This document shows positions 32,590 to 41,677 of a stretch of 64,000 nucleotides of DNA, piece by piece. The DNA is from Candidatus Latescibacterota bacterium (GTDB lineage: Bacteria > Latescibacterota > UBA2968 > GCA-2709665). Made by a program: the position numbers and the translations under genes. The notes under the pieces were generated by a model that saw only the letters and a list, made by a program, of their open reading frames with translations, searched no databases and was not told the DNA's origin. The first letter of the stretch is position 1; each line of letters starts with the position of its first letter. The stretch spans positions 1,248,001 through 1,312,000 of the forward strand of contig OZ242180.1 of NCBI GenBank assembly GCA_965205485.1, given 5' to 3'.

Positions 32590-33483
32590 ATGAAGCTCGT
32601 CCTGTTCGATAATGTCAGGACCGGCCTGCTCCGCGATGGCCGGATCGTGGATCTCAGTCCGGCACTCGGCAGCCTGGCTGAGCAGCCCGCGCAATGGCGC
32701 ATGGAAGCTGTGATCGAAGCCTTCGATGAGTACCGCCCGCGGTTCGAGCAGTTGGCAGAGAGCGAGAGGGGTGTGCCCAAAGATTCCGTACAGATCCAGG
32801 CGCCGCTGCCGAGGCCGCGCCACCTGCTCTGCGCATTCTCGAACTACCTGGAACGGGAGGGCGCGACAAGGGGCGCCCTCGATTTCTTCTACAAGGGCGC
32901 GACGAGCATCGTCGGAACGGGAACGACGATTGAGGTACCAAACCTGGAAGGCGCGGTGGCCTATCAGCCGGAGCCGGAGATCGCATACGTGATCGGCAGG
33001 CAGGCGCGGCATGTGTCCGGGGAAGACGCCATGGACCACGTCTTCGGGTACGTCAACTTCATCGACGTGTCCTGCCGGGGGCTGCAGGCGCGTCGCACCA
33101 CGTTCCTATCCAAGGGGATCGACAACTGGGCGCCGATGGGCCCCGCACTCGTCACCAGAGACGAGATCGCCGACCCGCAGGACGTAGGGGTACGGCTGTG
33201 GCTGAACGAAGAGCTTCAACAGGACTACAGCACGTCGGCGATGGCGTACCCGATCGAAGAGCAGATCGCCTGGCTCAGCCGATACATCACCCTCATGCCC
33301 GGCGACGTGATCGCTTGCGGCACCCACCACGGAGGTCTCTGCAATATCAACGACGGGGACCGCGTGGACGTCGAAGTCGACGGCCTCGAGCGGCTCACCA
33401 TCAAAGTGCGCTCGTACGCGCCGAGGCTCACCGAGCGGTGGCGGCCCCCCGGCCTTCGCGATACAGGCCCGGCCACCTCATAG
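32590..33483 (+). CDS. Fumarylacetoacetate hydrolase family protein
   Basis: NY, F.K, E.EIAYVIG, GY..F.DVS.R, KG.D.WAPMGP, TLMPGDVIACGT. Confidence 0.9.
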   Translation: MKLVLFDNVRTGLLRDGRIVDLSPALGSLAEQPAQWRMEAVIEAFDEYRPRFEQLAESERGVPKDSVQIQAPLPRPRHLLCAFSNYLEREGATRGALDFFYKGATSIVGTGTTIEVPNLEGAVAYQPEPEIAYVIGRQARHVSGEDAMDHVFGYVNFIDVSCRGLQARRTTFLSKGIDNWAPMGPALVTRDEIADPQDVGVRLWLNEELQQDYSTSAMAYPIEEQIAWLSRYITLMPGDVIACGTHHGGLCNINDGDRVDVEVDGLERLTIKVRSYAPRLTERWRPPGLRDTGPATS

Positions 33484-33762
33484 CGGCAGCCGGGCCTCGC
33501 TGGCTATGAAGCAACCGCACGATCGTGCTTGCTTGATCTCTCTCTTGCACTACTCTAGGTATAGCAGCCGCTGCGTTTGCGCGCCCGGAAGGAAGACGTC
33601 CGTGCCGTCTGCGCGCCGGGGATAGACGCGCAATGCCACGTAAGGACAAAAACACGATCTTTTCAGCTTTTTATTTGCACCTCGTCATTCGCATGCTTAA
33701 TTTTGTCATATTCGCGTGTTCTTGTAAACGCTTGGCTGTGTGCCATCCCGTACCTCACATTT

Positions 33763-34083
33763 ATGATCGAAAGCGAAGAATACATAGATGCCAATGGCTG
33801 AAATCCCTACGCCCGATGGTTCAATCGTCTCAACCGACAAGCCTCAGCCCGTGCGTCTGAAGCTCTAGCCAGGATGAAGGATGGCAATTTTTCTAACGCA
33901 AGAGGCGTGGGTGCCGGCGTCTTTGAATGCCGGATAGACTTCGGCCCTGGCTATCGGATCTACTTTGGCAGAGAACGTGATGTCTTGATCATCCTTTTGG
34001 GTGGCGGAACGAAGCAGCGACAGCAATGGGATATCGAAACTGCCCGACAACTCTGGCACGAATACAAACGCCGCAAACGGTAG
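33763..34083 (+). pseudogene. RelE/HigB-like addiction-module toxin with premature stop at codon 13
   Basis: ATG 33763 MIESEEYIDANG-TGA(33799-33801)-NPYARWFNRL...GNFSNARGVGAGVFECRIDFGPGYRIYFG....LIILLGGGTK..Q..DI..A..LW.EYK, all in one frame. Confidence 0.8.
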
Positions 34084-34096
34084 GAGGCTTGAGACC

Positions 34097-34456
34097 ATGT
34101 CCCCCTTGACCCGACCATCCTGGAAAACGATCCATGAGCGCATAGAGCGCGAGCCAGCTTTCGGCGCAGAACTGCTCAACGTCATGTTCGAGTGCCTGCT
34201 TAAAGGCGAAGTGGGCACAGGCAGTGCGATGTTGTACGACTATATCAGGGCGACCATCGGCTTTGAGGCATTGGGTAAACTGACCAGTGATTCACCTGAT
34301 CGCCTGATGCAAATGTTCAAATCCGAGGACAGTCTTGACGCACACACACTCTTCTCGGTCATCCACTGCCTTCAGCAGCAGGCAGGCTTGCAACTTGAGG
34401 TCAGAGCCGTCGCAAAACAAAGCCAACCCACACAACAAGCCGCTATTTCGCATTAG
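34097..34456 (+). CDS. Putative addiction-module antitoxin (HTH)
   Basis: LTR..W.TI..R..R.P.F..ELL, L.DYI.ATIGF..L, LMQM; follows the toxin; GGAGG RBS. Confidence 0.8.
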   Translation: MSPLTRPSWKTIHERIEREPAFGAELLNVMFECLLKGEVGTGSAMLYDYIRATIGFEALGKLTSDSPDRLMQMFKSEDSLDAHTLFSVIHCLQQQAGLQLEVRAVAKQSQPTQQAAISH

Positions 34457-34628
34457 ATTTATATTCCAGTCGTGTGGATCGGAGAGCCGGGAACAGAGAT
34501 GCCATCACATGTCCAAATGCGGAGCGGGAGAACTAAATGCCCCCGATGCCATTGTGGCGTCAGGGGATTTTTGTGGGTGGGCGGTCCACGAAGTGTAGAT
34601 ATTCTCCATCGCTCGGCCCGGTGAATTC

Positions 34629-35366
34629 TCAGCGCTTACGCGCCACGTGTCGATCTTCGTATACTCCCTTTCGAAACCTTTCCGGATTGAGTTCCTCGGG
34701 CATATAGTGCCAGGCCGTACTGTAGCGCGTGCGATTGCTGTGGTTATCATAGGCGCCGTGCAGGAGATTGGCGGAAAACAGAACGACCGTGCCGGCGGGA
34801 ATGACCAGATCCACAGCCCGTGATTCATCGACCTCCGTCCAGCTGCCATGCCTGCCCGGATTCCTGCGGTGCTCGACAATCTCGCCCATCCGGTGGCTGC
34901 CGGGCACCACGCGCAGACATCCGTTCTCCACGTCTGAATCTTCCAGATAAATTCCACAACTGATAATGCGGTCCGTATCGGTGCCGAAATAGAAATTGTC
35001 CTGATGCCAGCTCGTTGACGTGCCGCCGTTGGGCAGCTTCGGAAAGAACTTGGTGCCGAACACATCGATGTTTTTACCGGTCAATACGGCCACGCGGTCC
35101 AGAATCGCCGGTTCACGCGCCAGTTCCAGCACGCGGGCGTCGACCACGCAAACTCCCTGAACCTTGTGAAGCAAACCCGCCCGGGGGTTGCCGCTTTCGT
35201 CCAGTTCCAGCGCCCAGTGCGGCGTCTGTCCGTTCATTTTGCTCCCCTTTGCGACCAGTTCATCGAACACGCGCTTGTAATAGGCCAGTCGCTCGCCCTG
35301 TATCAGGGCTTCGAAAACGAGATAGCCGTCTTCCCGAAACTGGCGGACCTGTACGTCAGTCAACAT
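34629..35366 (-). CDS. PhyH family 2OG-Fe(II) oxygenase
   Basis: FREDGY, WHQD, ENGCLRVVPGSH, LLHG...N.S.R.R. Confidence 0.88.
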   Translation of the reverse strand: MLTDVQVRQFREDGYLVFEALIQGERLAYYKRVFDELVAKGSKMNGQTPHWALELDESGNPRAGLLHKVQGVCVVDARVLELAREPAILDRVAVLTGKNIDVFGTKFFPKLPNGGTSTSWHQDNFYFGTDTDRIISCGIYLEDSDVENGCLRVVPGSHRMGEIVEHRRNPGRHGSWTEVDESRAVDLVIPAGTVVLFSANLLHGAYDNHSNRTRYSTAWHYMPEELNPERFRKGVYEDRHVARKR

Positions 35367-35377
35367 AAAGACCTCCT

Positions 35378-35681
35378 CAATGGTTTTGTCCTGGAAATAA
35401 GTTGCCTGAATTCAACCGCCGAGTCGCCTAGCTCGCAATCTGCGACAGGCGCAGGGCAGCGCCCTCGACAGGCTCAGGAATCGGCGGGCGAGCCCTGAGC
35501 CGCTCCCTGAGCCGTTGTCCTGAGCTTGTCGAAGGGTTGTCGAAGGGTCGGCGAAGGGATATTGATTGGCCATCGACTGGTATTGAAACGCGGGCATTTC
35601 GACAAGCTCAATGACCACGTTTCAGCGAGACGGGATGAATCGTCGGGAGAATGGTGAGGTATTTATGGGACAGTACAGTGG
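35378..35681. mobile_element. MITE-like element copy 1, interrupted by a REP cluster
   Basis: Shares ends with 37505-37673 (TGTCC.GGAAATAAGTTGCCTGAATTC...; GCGAGACGGGATGAATCG..G.AGAATGGTGAGGTATTT.TGGGACAG); contains CTTCGACAAGCTCAG-type repeats at 35461-35612. Confidence 0.7.
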
Positions 35682-35899
35682 TTCGCTAGGCAACGTCGGC
35701 CACCCGAAGGCGACCGGCGCCGTGGGTACCCGTCCGGGGATGATCAAGCCAATTCGTACGAGACACGGGATCGTTCTTTGGCTATATTTCGCCGGGAGTC
35801 AAGGTCAGAAGCGCTCGAACATGTTCCGGCCGGTGACTCTTCCTATTCGCTGAGAATTCCGACCGCAACTGAAACGTAAGATCAGAAAGGAGAAAACCC

Positions 35900-36637
35900 G
35901 TGTCAAGAATCGAACCCGCATCACGACTGACCCGTCTGAGTGGGGCCAGGATCGGACTTCTGGACCCTGGAAAGCGTACCGCGGGAGCCGTTCTAAATGG
36001 CGTCGGTGAGCGGCTGGCGGCGGAGTACGACGCGAATGTCGTGGGACCCTGGAAGAAGTCGTCCCCCTACCGCGTCTGCACGAAGAAGCTTGTGGAGGAA
36101 ATCGTCCCGCAGTGCGACGGGCTGGTCATGGGGGTCGTGGACTGATGCGGCGCCAGTTCGTGCAGTTTGCACGATATGCTGGAGTTCGAGTTGAGAGGCA
36201 TACCCACCGCCTACATCACGGCCGCGGGCAGGGTGCCAAAGATCGAACGCGATGGCGATGGGTTCAAGCTTTCTCATGCTACAGGGGATTATCTGATTAG
36301 GGGATGGGAGGCATCCGGACCGCAGCCGGACAATGTGCATCGCGGTTTGATTCACTTCGGAGTACACCGCAGGATGAGGATGCATGATGTGAAGGAGGGG
36401 GACCGGGTCCGCTACCGCGGCAGGGACCTGCGATGGGAGTATCCTCGAAAGGAACTGGAAGCCAGGTTCAGGCCTTCCGGAGCCGGCGTCTGGTCGAGCA
36501 CCCTTGACGGCGTCACAGGCTACAGGTATATCGAACTGCGTGCGAACGCTGGCCCCATGGAAGGCGATATAGTGGATGAATGCGTGGAAGAGGCCGTACC
36601 GCAGGTGGTGTCGATTCTGACGGGCGGGAGGGAGTGA
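35900..36637 (+). CDS. UGSC-family selenoprotein (Sec at codon 82; motif D-U-C-G-A)
   Basis: ORFs 35900..36145 and 36167..36637 are in one frame separated only by TGA 36143-36145: ...CDGLVMGVVD-U-CGASSCSLHDMLEFELRGIPTAYIT; N-terminal RL..LSG.RIGLLD.GK typical of the family; AAGGAG RBS; SECIS-like hairpin. Confidence 0.85.
36153..36182 (+). promoter_or_regulatory. Putative bacterial SECIS element
   Basis: CCAGU-UCGUGC-[AGUUU]-GCACGA-UAU-GCUGG; perfect upper stem, loop starts 18 nt after UGA with G at position 2. Confidence 0.75.
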
Positions 36638-36668
36638 ATTTACGCATCGAATCATCGAGGCAGTTTGA

Positions 36669-37469
36669 CTACACCGCCTCCGGTTGGACGATGCAGAAGT
36701 CGGCGCCTTGCGGGTCCCGGGCGACCACCATTCGTCCGAACCCTGGAAATTTTCCCGGCTCAGCCATCAAACGCCCCCCGTGCCCCTTTACATAACCCGC
36801 CGATACGTCAAAGTCCTTGACCTGAAAATACACGTACCACTCGGACGCGACCCCTTCTTCGATCATCCGGTCCGGCATCTGCATGATGCCCCCGACACCC
36901 TTGCCTCCCACCAGCACGGTCGAGTATTGAACCGGCTGTTCCTCACCCGCCGTCGCGGTTTCGATACCGAATACCTGCTCGAAAAACCGAACCGATGCCG
37001 CACGATCCGTGCTCAGATGCTCACACCAGGAAAACGCGCCCGCCTCCGACATCACGCCGCATCCCACGAACTCGCCGGGCTCCCACAGCGTCGTCGCACA
37101 ACCCGTCGGGTCCGCGATCACCGCCACCCGACCCGCGCGACCAACGTCTCTGGAATCCGCCAGCACAGCCCCGCCATTCGTTGCCGCCCGCCCGACGACG
37201 GCGTCGACATCATCCACCGAAACGTAGAGGTTCCACTTGGCGCCGCCGTCTGAACGGACCTGCCCGGGGCCCGATTCATATATCGCCGTCGCTGCCGACC
37301 CGTCCAGCATCGCCATCGAATAGACCCCGATGTCCATCTCTCCCATCTCTTCGTCCACATACTCCCAACCGAACAACCCGGCGTAGAACGCCCTCGCCCC
37401 GGCCACATCAACTGTCGCCAGATCAACCCAACACGGCGTTCCGTGTGTGTACTCTCCAACTCTTGCCAT
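36669..37469 (-). CDS. Two-domain VOC/glyoxalase protein (Rv0577/Cfp32-like)
   Basis: GTPCWVDL...D...A..FY.GLFGW, W..Y..V.DVD, GR.A...DP.G; repeated in second domain. Confidence 0.9.
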   Translation of the reverse strand: MARVGEYTHGTPCWVDLATVDVAGARAFYAGLFGWEYVDEEMGEMDIGVYSMAMLDGSAATAIYESGPGQVRSDGGAKWNLYVSVDDVDAVVGRAATNGGAVLADSRDVGRAGRVAVIADPTGCATTLWEPGEFVGCGVMSEAGAFSWCEHLSTDRAASVRFFEQVFGIETATAGEEQPVQYSTVLVGGKGVGGIMQMPDRMIEEGVASEWYVYFQVKDFDVSAGYVKGHGGRLMAEPGKFPGFGRMVVARDPQGADFCIVQPEAV

Positions 37470-37504
37470 TGAGTCTCCGGATCCTCAGCAAGACCCCCGA
37501 CGAC

Positions 37505-37673
37505 CTGGTGTTCTGTCCCGGAAATAAGTTGCCTGAATTCGGCCGACGAGTCGCCCGGCTCGCAAGGCGCCACAGCGCAGGCGACCTGCGTAAGGTCGGC
37601 GAGCGAAGGCAACGCCGCGAGACGGGATGAATCGGCGGAAGAATGGTGAGGTATTTTTGGGACAGGACACTAG
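37505..37673. mobile_element. MITE-like element copy 2 with terminal inverted repeats
   Basis: CTGGTGTTCTGTCCCGGAAATA (37505-37526) vs TATTTTTGGGACAGGACACTAG (37652-37673); non-coding; CTGG/CTAG outer tetramers. Confidence 0.75.
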
Positions 37674-37762
37674 TTTCATCATCAATCGCCATCGCCCACC
37701 ACACGCATACCGAACACCGTCTCTTGCGGGTCCGCCGATCATTCGGCAATGGACGTTTTGCG

Positions 37763-38704
37763 TCACGTCGGCGCGTGTCCCGCGGTCAATCGCGGACTCT
37801 CGACAAGGCCCTGCCGGCTCAGGAAGTCCAGCATCACCGCCGCGCACGCCTCCGGTTTCTCGAGCTGCAGAAAGTGTGTCGTTCCGGGCACGAACTCGTG
37901 GTCGACGCCTGCGGCGGCGCTGTAGTCGAACTTCGGACGATTGGGATCCAGGGCGGGATCTGACCCGACGATCATGGTGGGACATCGCAGGGAGCCGAAG
38001 TCCACAGACACCGCAGGTTGCGAGGCTTCATACCAGATTTGCGCTTCGTACTCGCGAGGGCATCGGAGCTCGAAACCCTGTCCCGTCCCGGACTCCCTGA
38101 GGGTCGTCCTGGCAACGAGATCCAGGACGCCCGGCACAGCGTGCTGGAAGTAATGGAGGTTGGTATGAAGTTCGGCGAGTTCTTCCCGGGCCCTGAACCA
38201 CGGCGCCCTCCAACTGAGCATGTCACCCGTTCGCACCGCCCGCAGCTCGAACTCCCTGTATTTCGAGCCCGGGTTGCACAGAGGCGGCGCGAACAGTACC
38301 ATCGCAAAGTAGTGCCTGCCTCTCGAAGGCGTGTGCATGGCGGCCAGGGCAGAAATGGAGTGGAAGACGCCCACCGTGGGTTTCTCGCCGTAGAGCCTTT
38401 CGATCGCTTCGAAGATGCTGTCGTGGTCGCGGGAAAACGCATCGAAACGGTGGTTCTCCAGGGCTCCGACTTCGTTCCAGCCGTGGTTCCTGAGGTCATG
38501 GACCACCAGGTCGAAGCCGGCGGCCAGCAACGACCAGAACGGGTAGTAGAGGTCGATGGCGAGGCCATTCCCGTGACTGAGGACAAGCCGGGGACCCGCC
38601 GGATTCCCGTGGCGTCTCAGGACGATGACGGCGGCGTCGTCCACCTTCACGCTGTCAGTGGACAGCGGCGCGGGTATCTCCCAGATGGCTGGAGGCACTG
38701 TCAA
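37763..38704 (-). CDS. Alpha/beta fold hydrolase
   Basis: RLVLSHGNG, DLRNHG, nucleophile elbow VFHSISA, GTTHFLQLEKP; start uncertain (TTG 38704 after AAGGAAG, or up to 38854). Confidence 0.8.
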   Translation of the reverse strand: MTVPPAIWEIPAPLSTDSVKVDDAAVIVLRRHGNPAGPRLVLSHGNGLAIDLYYPFWSLLAAGFDLVVHDLRNHGWNEVGALENHRFDAFSRDHDSIFEAIERLYGEKPTVGVFHSISALAAMHTPSRGRHYFAMVLFAPPLCNPGSKYREFELRAVRTGDMLSWRAPWFRAREELAELHTNLHYFQHAVPGVLDLVARTTLRESGTGQGFELRCPREYEAQIWYEASQPAVSVDFGSLRCPTMIVGSDPALDPNRPKFDYSAAAGVDHEFVPGTTHFLQLEKPEACAAVMLDFLSRQGLVESPRLTAGHAPT

Positions 38705-38994
38705 ATCAGCTTCCTTTACGGCCGGCGCGACCGCCGGCTGTTGTGCTCTGGGACTCGGGAGGCGGCTTGTCGAACCAGCGAAATCGAGCCATTCACAGAG
38801 GACCCCGATGCGGATCACCTGGTCGCCTACAGCTGCGTGCAAATATAATCCCAATCCAGCAGGATCACAAATTAACTCTGATGAAACGGAATTACAATGT
38901 TCGCACGGCTGCGACGAGCTGGCTGAAGTTCATTCGCAGATCCTGACAGCCGAAATCACCCTGGCGAGAAGGATTAACAGACGATTGTCGTTTG

Positions 38995-39195
38995 CTATTT
39001 TTGACACTCGTCAATCCCCGCCGATCCGCCCAGCATCGCCATCGAATAGACACAGATGTCCATCTGCCCCAGCTCTTCATCCACATACTCCCAACCGAAC
39101 AGCCCCGCGTAGAACACCCTTGCCCCAGCCAAATCAGTTGTCGCCAGATCAACCCAACACGGCGTTCCGTGTCGGTACTCTTCAACCATTGGCAT
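38995..39195 (-). pseudogene. Truncated duplicate of the 5' end of VOC gene 36669..37469
   Basis: MPMVEEYRHGTPCWVDLATTDLAGARVFYAGLFGWEYVDEELGQMDICVYSMAMLGGSA then early stop; collinear with 37295-37469 at offset 1726 nt. Confidence 0.85.
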
Positions 39196-39421
39196 CACGT
39201 CTCCTGATCCCTGGCAGCCCCCCGTCGAAAGCAGCTTCCATCTGCTCGCCCGAAACACTTGCGAAACACGCCCCTTGATGTCTATCTTGACCTTCCAATG
39301 TAGTTTCTTCCAAGTTCATTGTTGTCTGGTTATCGGTCTAACCATAATATAATACAATGACTTGTGTAATGAAACTACCTTTTTTGTTTGTAATTCAGAC
39401 TTTTCTACTGAGGGGGCATTC

Positions 39422-40636
39422 ATGTTCCTCAGATCGGTTGTCCTGTTCGCGGTACTGGTTCTCACAGCCCAGGCTTCCGGTTGTCCCGGTGACTTCGACG
39501 ACAACAGGCAGGTTGACTTCGCGGACTTTCTCGCCCTGGCCGGTGCATATGGCAGTCAGCAGGGTGAGGCGGGCTATGACGCTGTGATGGATCTGGACAC
39601 GAATGGCTCAATTGATATGGCCGACTTTCTGGCCTTCGCGAAGCTGTTTGGTCAACTCTGCGTTGCCGAACTCACCCGATTGACGAATAACGAGACCATC
39701 GAGTTACATCCCACGTGGTCACCTCCGGACGGCGGGAAGATTGCTTTTCTTTCCGGTTTTGAAGACCCCGAATTGTGGGTGATGTATGCGGACGGCGGTG
39801 AATCATTAAGATTGGCCACTTCGATTGCTGTCGACTCCGAACTGTACACGACGCTGGCCTGGTCACCGGACGGTGAGCACATCGCTTTTTCATCTGTTCG
39901 GGATGGGAATTCAGAGATTTATAGGGTAGGCGCCAATGGTGATGGTCTCACTCGTCTTACCAATAATGACGCGGAAGATATTTATCCTTCCTGGTCGCCT
40001 GACGGCGCCAGGATCGCCTTTTCTTCGAACCAGGACGGGAACTTCGAAATCTATGTGACGCGTCCGGAAGGCTCAGATCTCACACGGCTGACGAACAGTA
40101 CTGTCCAGGATCTGTTCCCGGTTTGGTCACCCGACAGTAAGAAAATTGCCTATACGTCCATAGGGGTCGATTCCAACCAAAGCAAGTTCGCTGTAATTTC
40201 CGTAGTGGATGTTGTGTCGGCAACGGTTACGCAACTCACCGCGGATTCCGAAGGTAGTGTTCTGCCCGCGTGGTCGCCTGACGGAACAAGAATCACCTTC
40301 TGGTCAAGGCGCGACAATGCCCGTACAAACTACGGCGACATGTATGTGATGAATGCCGAAGGCAGCGAGGTTACTCGCCTGACTAATCAGGATGTCTGGG
40401 ATGATTTGTGGTTCGATGCCGCGTGGTCACCGGACGGAACCAGAGTCGTTTACTCAGCCGTGGGAGACGGCCCACTCTATGTAATGAACGCCGACGGTAC
40501 GAATGTCAAACGCTTGACGAACAGAGAGACTCCGGAGTATTTTCCGGCCTGGTCGCCTGACGGCAGAAAAATTGCCTTTCTATCCAACCCCGAAACGACT
40601 TTTGATATTTATGTTGTAGAGGTCCCGTCAGAGTAA
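39422..40636 (+). CDS. Secreted dockerin/EF-hand-like domain plus TolB-like (PD40) beta-propeller protein
   Basis: Signal peptide; GDFDDNRQVDFADFL...DLDTNGSIDMADFLAFAKLFG; about seven WSPDG..I.F repeats. Confidence 0.88.
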   Translation: MFLRSVVLFAVLVLTAQASGCPGDFDDNRQVDFADFLALAGAYGSQQGEAGYDAVMDLDTNGSIDMADFLAFAKLFGQLCVAELTRLTNNETIELHPTWSPPDGGKIAFLSGFEDPELWVMYADGGESLRLATSIAVDSELYTTLAWSPDGEHIAFSSVRDGNSEIYRVGANGDGLTRLTNNDAEDIYPSWSPDGARIAFSSNQDGNFEIYVTRPEGSDLTRLTNSTVQDLFPVWSPDSKKIAYTSIGVDSNQSKFAVISVVDVVSATVTQLTADSEGSVLPAWSPDGTRITFWSRRDNARTNYGDMYVMNAEGSEVTRLTNQDVWDDLWFDAAWSPDGTRVVYSAVGDGPLYVMNADGTNVKRLTNRETPEYFPAWSPDGRKIAFLSNPETTFDIYVVEVPSE

Positions 40637-40722
40637 CTCATGCAACGAAACACGCATGATGACTTGCACGGTATTGTATTTCATCGCGTGATCCCGCAGT
40701 CTAAACGGAACTGAAAGACCCA

Positions 40723-41562
40723 ATGTCAAGCGTTTGGAGCCAACAGGAGGTCGAAGCCACTGTTCGAGACTATTTCGACATGCTGGCTTTAGAACTTCGA
40801 GGTGAACAGTATAACAAAGCTGCTCACAACAGAGGGCTCCGCGCGCGGCTGGATGGCCGCTCACGCGGCGCGGTAGAACGCAAACACCAGAACATCAGTG
40901 CAGTCCTGATTGAGTTGGGTTTCCCTTACATCAGCGGATACAAGCCGCTTCCCAACGTTCAACACATGTTGCGGGACGTGGTGAGCGAGCAGATTCCGTC
41001 GCTCCAGCACCTGGTCAAAGCCGATGTCGAAGCAACCCAGATCCCGGTCACAGTCGATGATATCCTCGACATTGGTGTCGATCCGCCTGTGCCTGCATCA
41101 GTCTCGGTGGGTGAGAAAGCGACCGACTACGTGGTTCGCGGTCGCCGCTCCACGACGATAGACTACCTCGAGATGGAGGCGCGCAATCGATCGCTCGGGT
41201 GCGCTGGAGAAGCGCTGGTGATGGAGTTCGAACGCGAGCGTCTGATGCGCAAAGGCAAGGATCGCCTGGCCAGAAATGTCGAGCAGGTCTCCAAAACTGT
41301 GGGCGACCACGCCGGCTTTGATATTCGTTCGTACGAAGTCAACGGGCAGGACCGATTCATCGAGGTCAAAACAACGCGTTACGGGAAGCTCACGCCGTTC
41401 TACATCAGCGCCGGCGAGGTCCGATTCTCCGAAGCGAACGCAAACGCCTACCATCTCTACAGGCTCTTCGAGTTTCGACAGCGTCCCGGCCTATTCCAGT
41501 TACACGGGGATGTCGGACGTCACGTACACTTGCAGCCAATAAACTACCGCGCACGATTCTGA
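40723..41562 (+). CDS. DUF3883 (NO VEIN C-terminal) PD-(D/E)xK nuclease-like protein
   Basis: N..LG.AGE..V..FE, GFDIRSY.....RFIEVKTT, PF.IS..E; N-terminal WS..EV...V.DYF.ML...R....E.K.QNISAVL. Confidence 0.8.
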   Translation: MSSVWSQQEVEATVRDYFDMLALELRGEQYNKAAHNRGLRARLDGRSRGAVERKHQNISAVLIELGFPYISGYKPLPNVQHMLRDVVSEQIPSLQHLVKADVEATQIPVTVDDILDIGVDPPVPASVSVGEKATDYVVRGRRSTTIDYLEMEARNRSLGCAGEALVMEFERERLMRKGKDRLARNVEQVSKTVGDHAGFDIRSYEVNGQDRFIEVKTTRYGKLTPFYISAGEVRFSEANANAYHLYRLFEFRQRPGLFQLHGDVGRHVHLQPINYRARF

Positions 41563-41677
41563 AAGCCGGACCTGCCTCTAATGGAATCGTCGCTGAAAGA
41601 CGAACTTCGAGAGATCGGCGCCAGCGAGAACAACGTCACGGCGCACAGGCTGGATCTCTGCGATCGGGACTGCTGAC

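Noticed and set aside
33799..33801. In-frame TGA in the toxin as a third selenocysteine codon
   Set aside because: Position corresponds to Arg/Lys rather than Cys in this family, the toxin is not a redox protein, and only a weak 4-bp hairpin follows
35440..35612. Possible CRISPR array in clustered repeats (also 4242-4505)
   Set aside because: Repeats are inverted, degenerate and irregularly spaced without unique spacers; no cas genes
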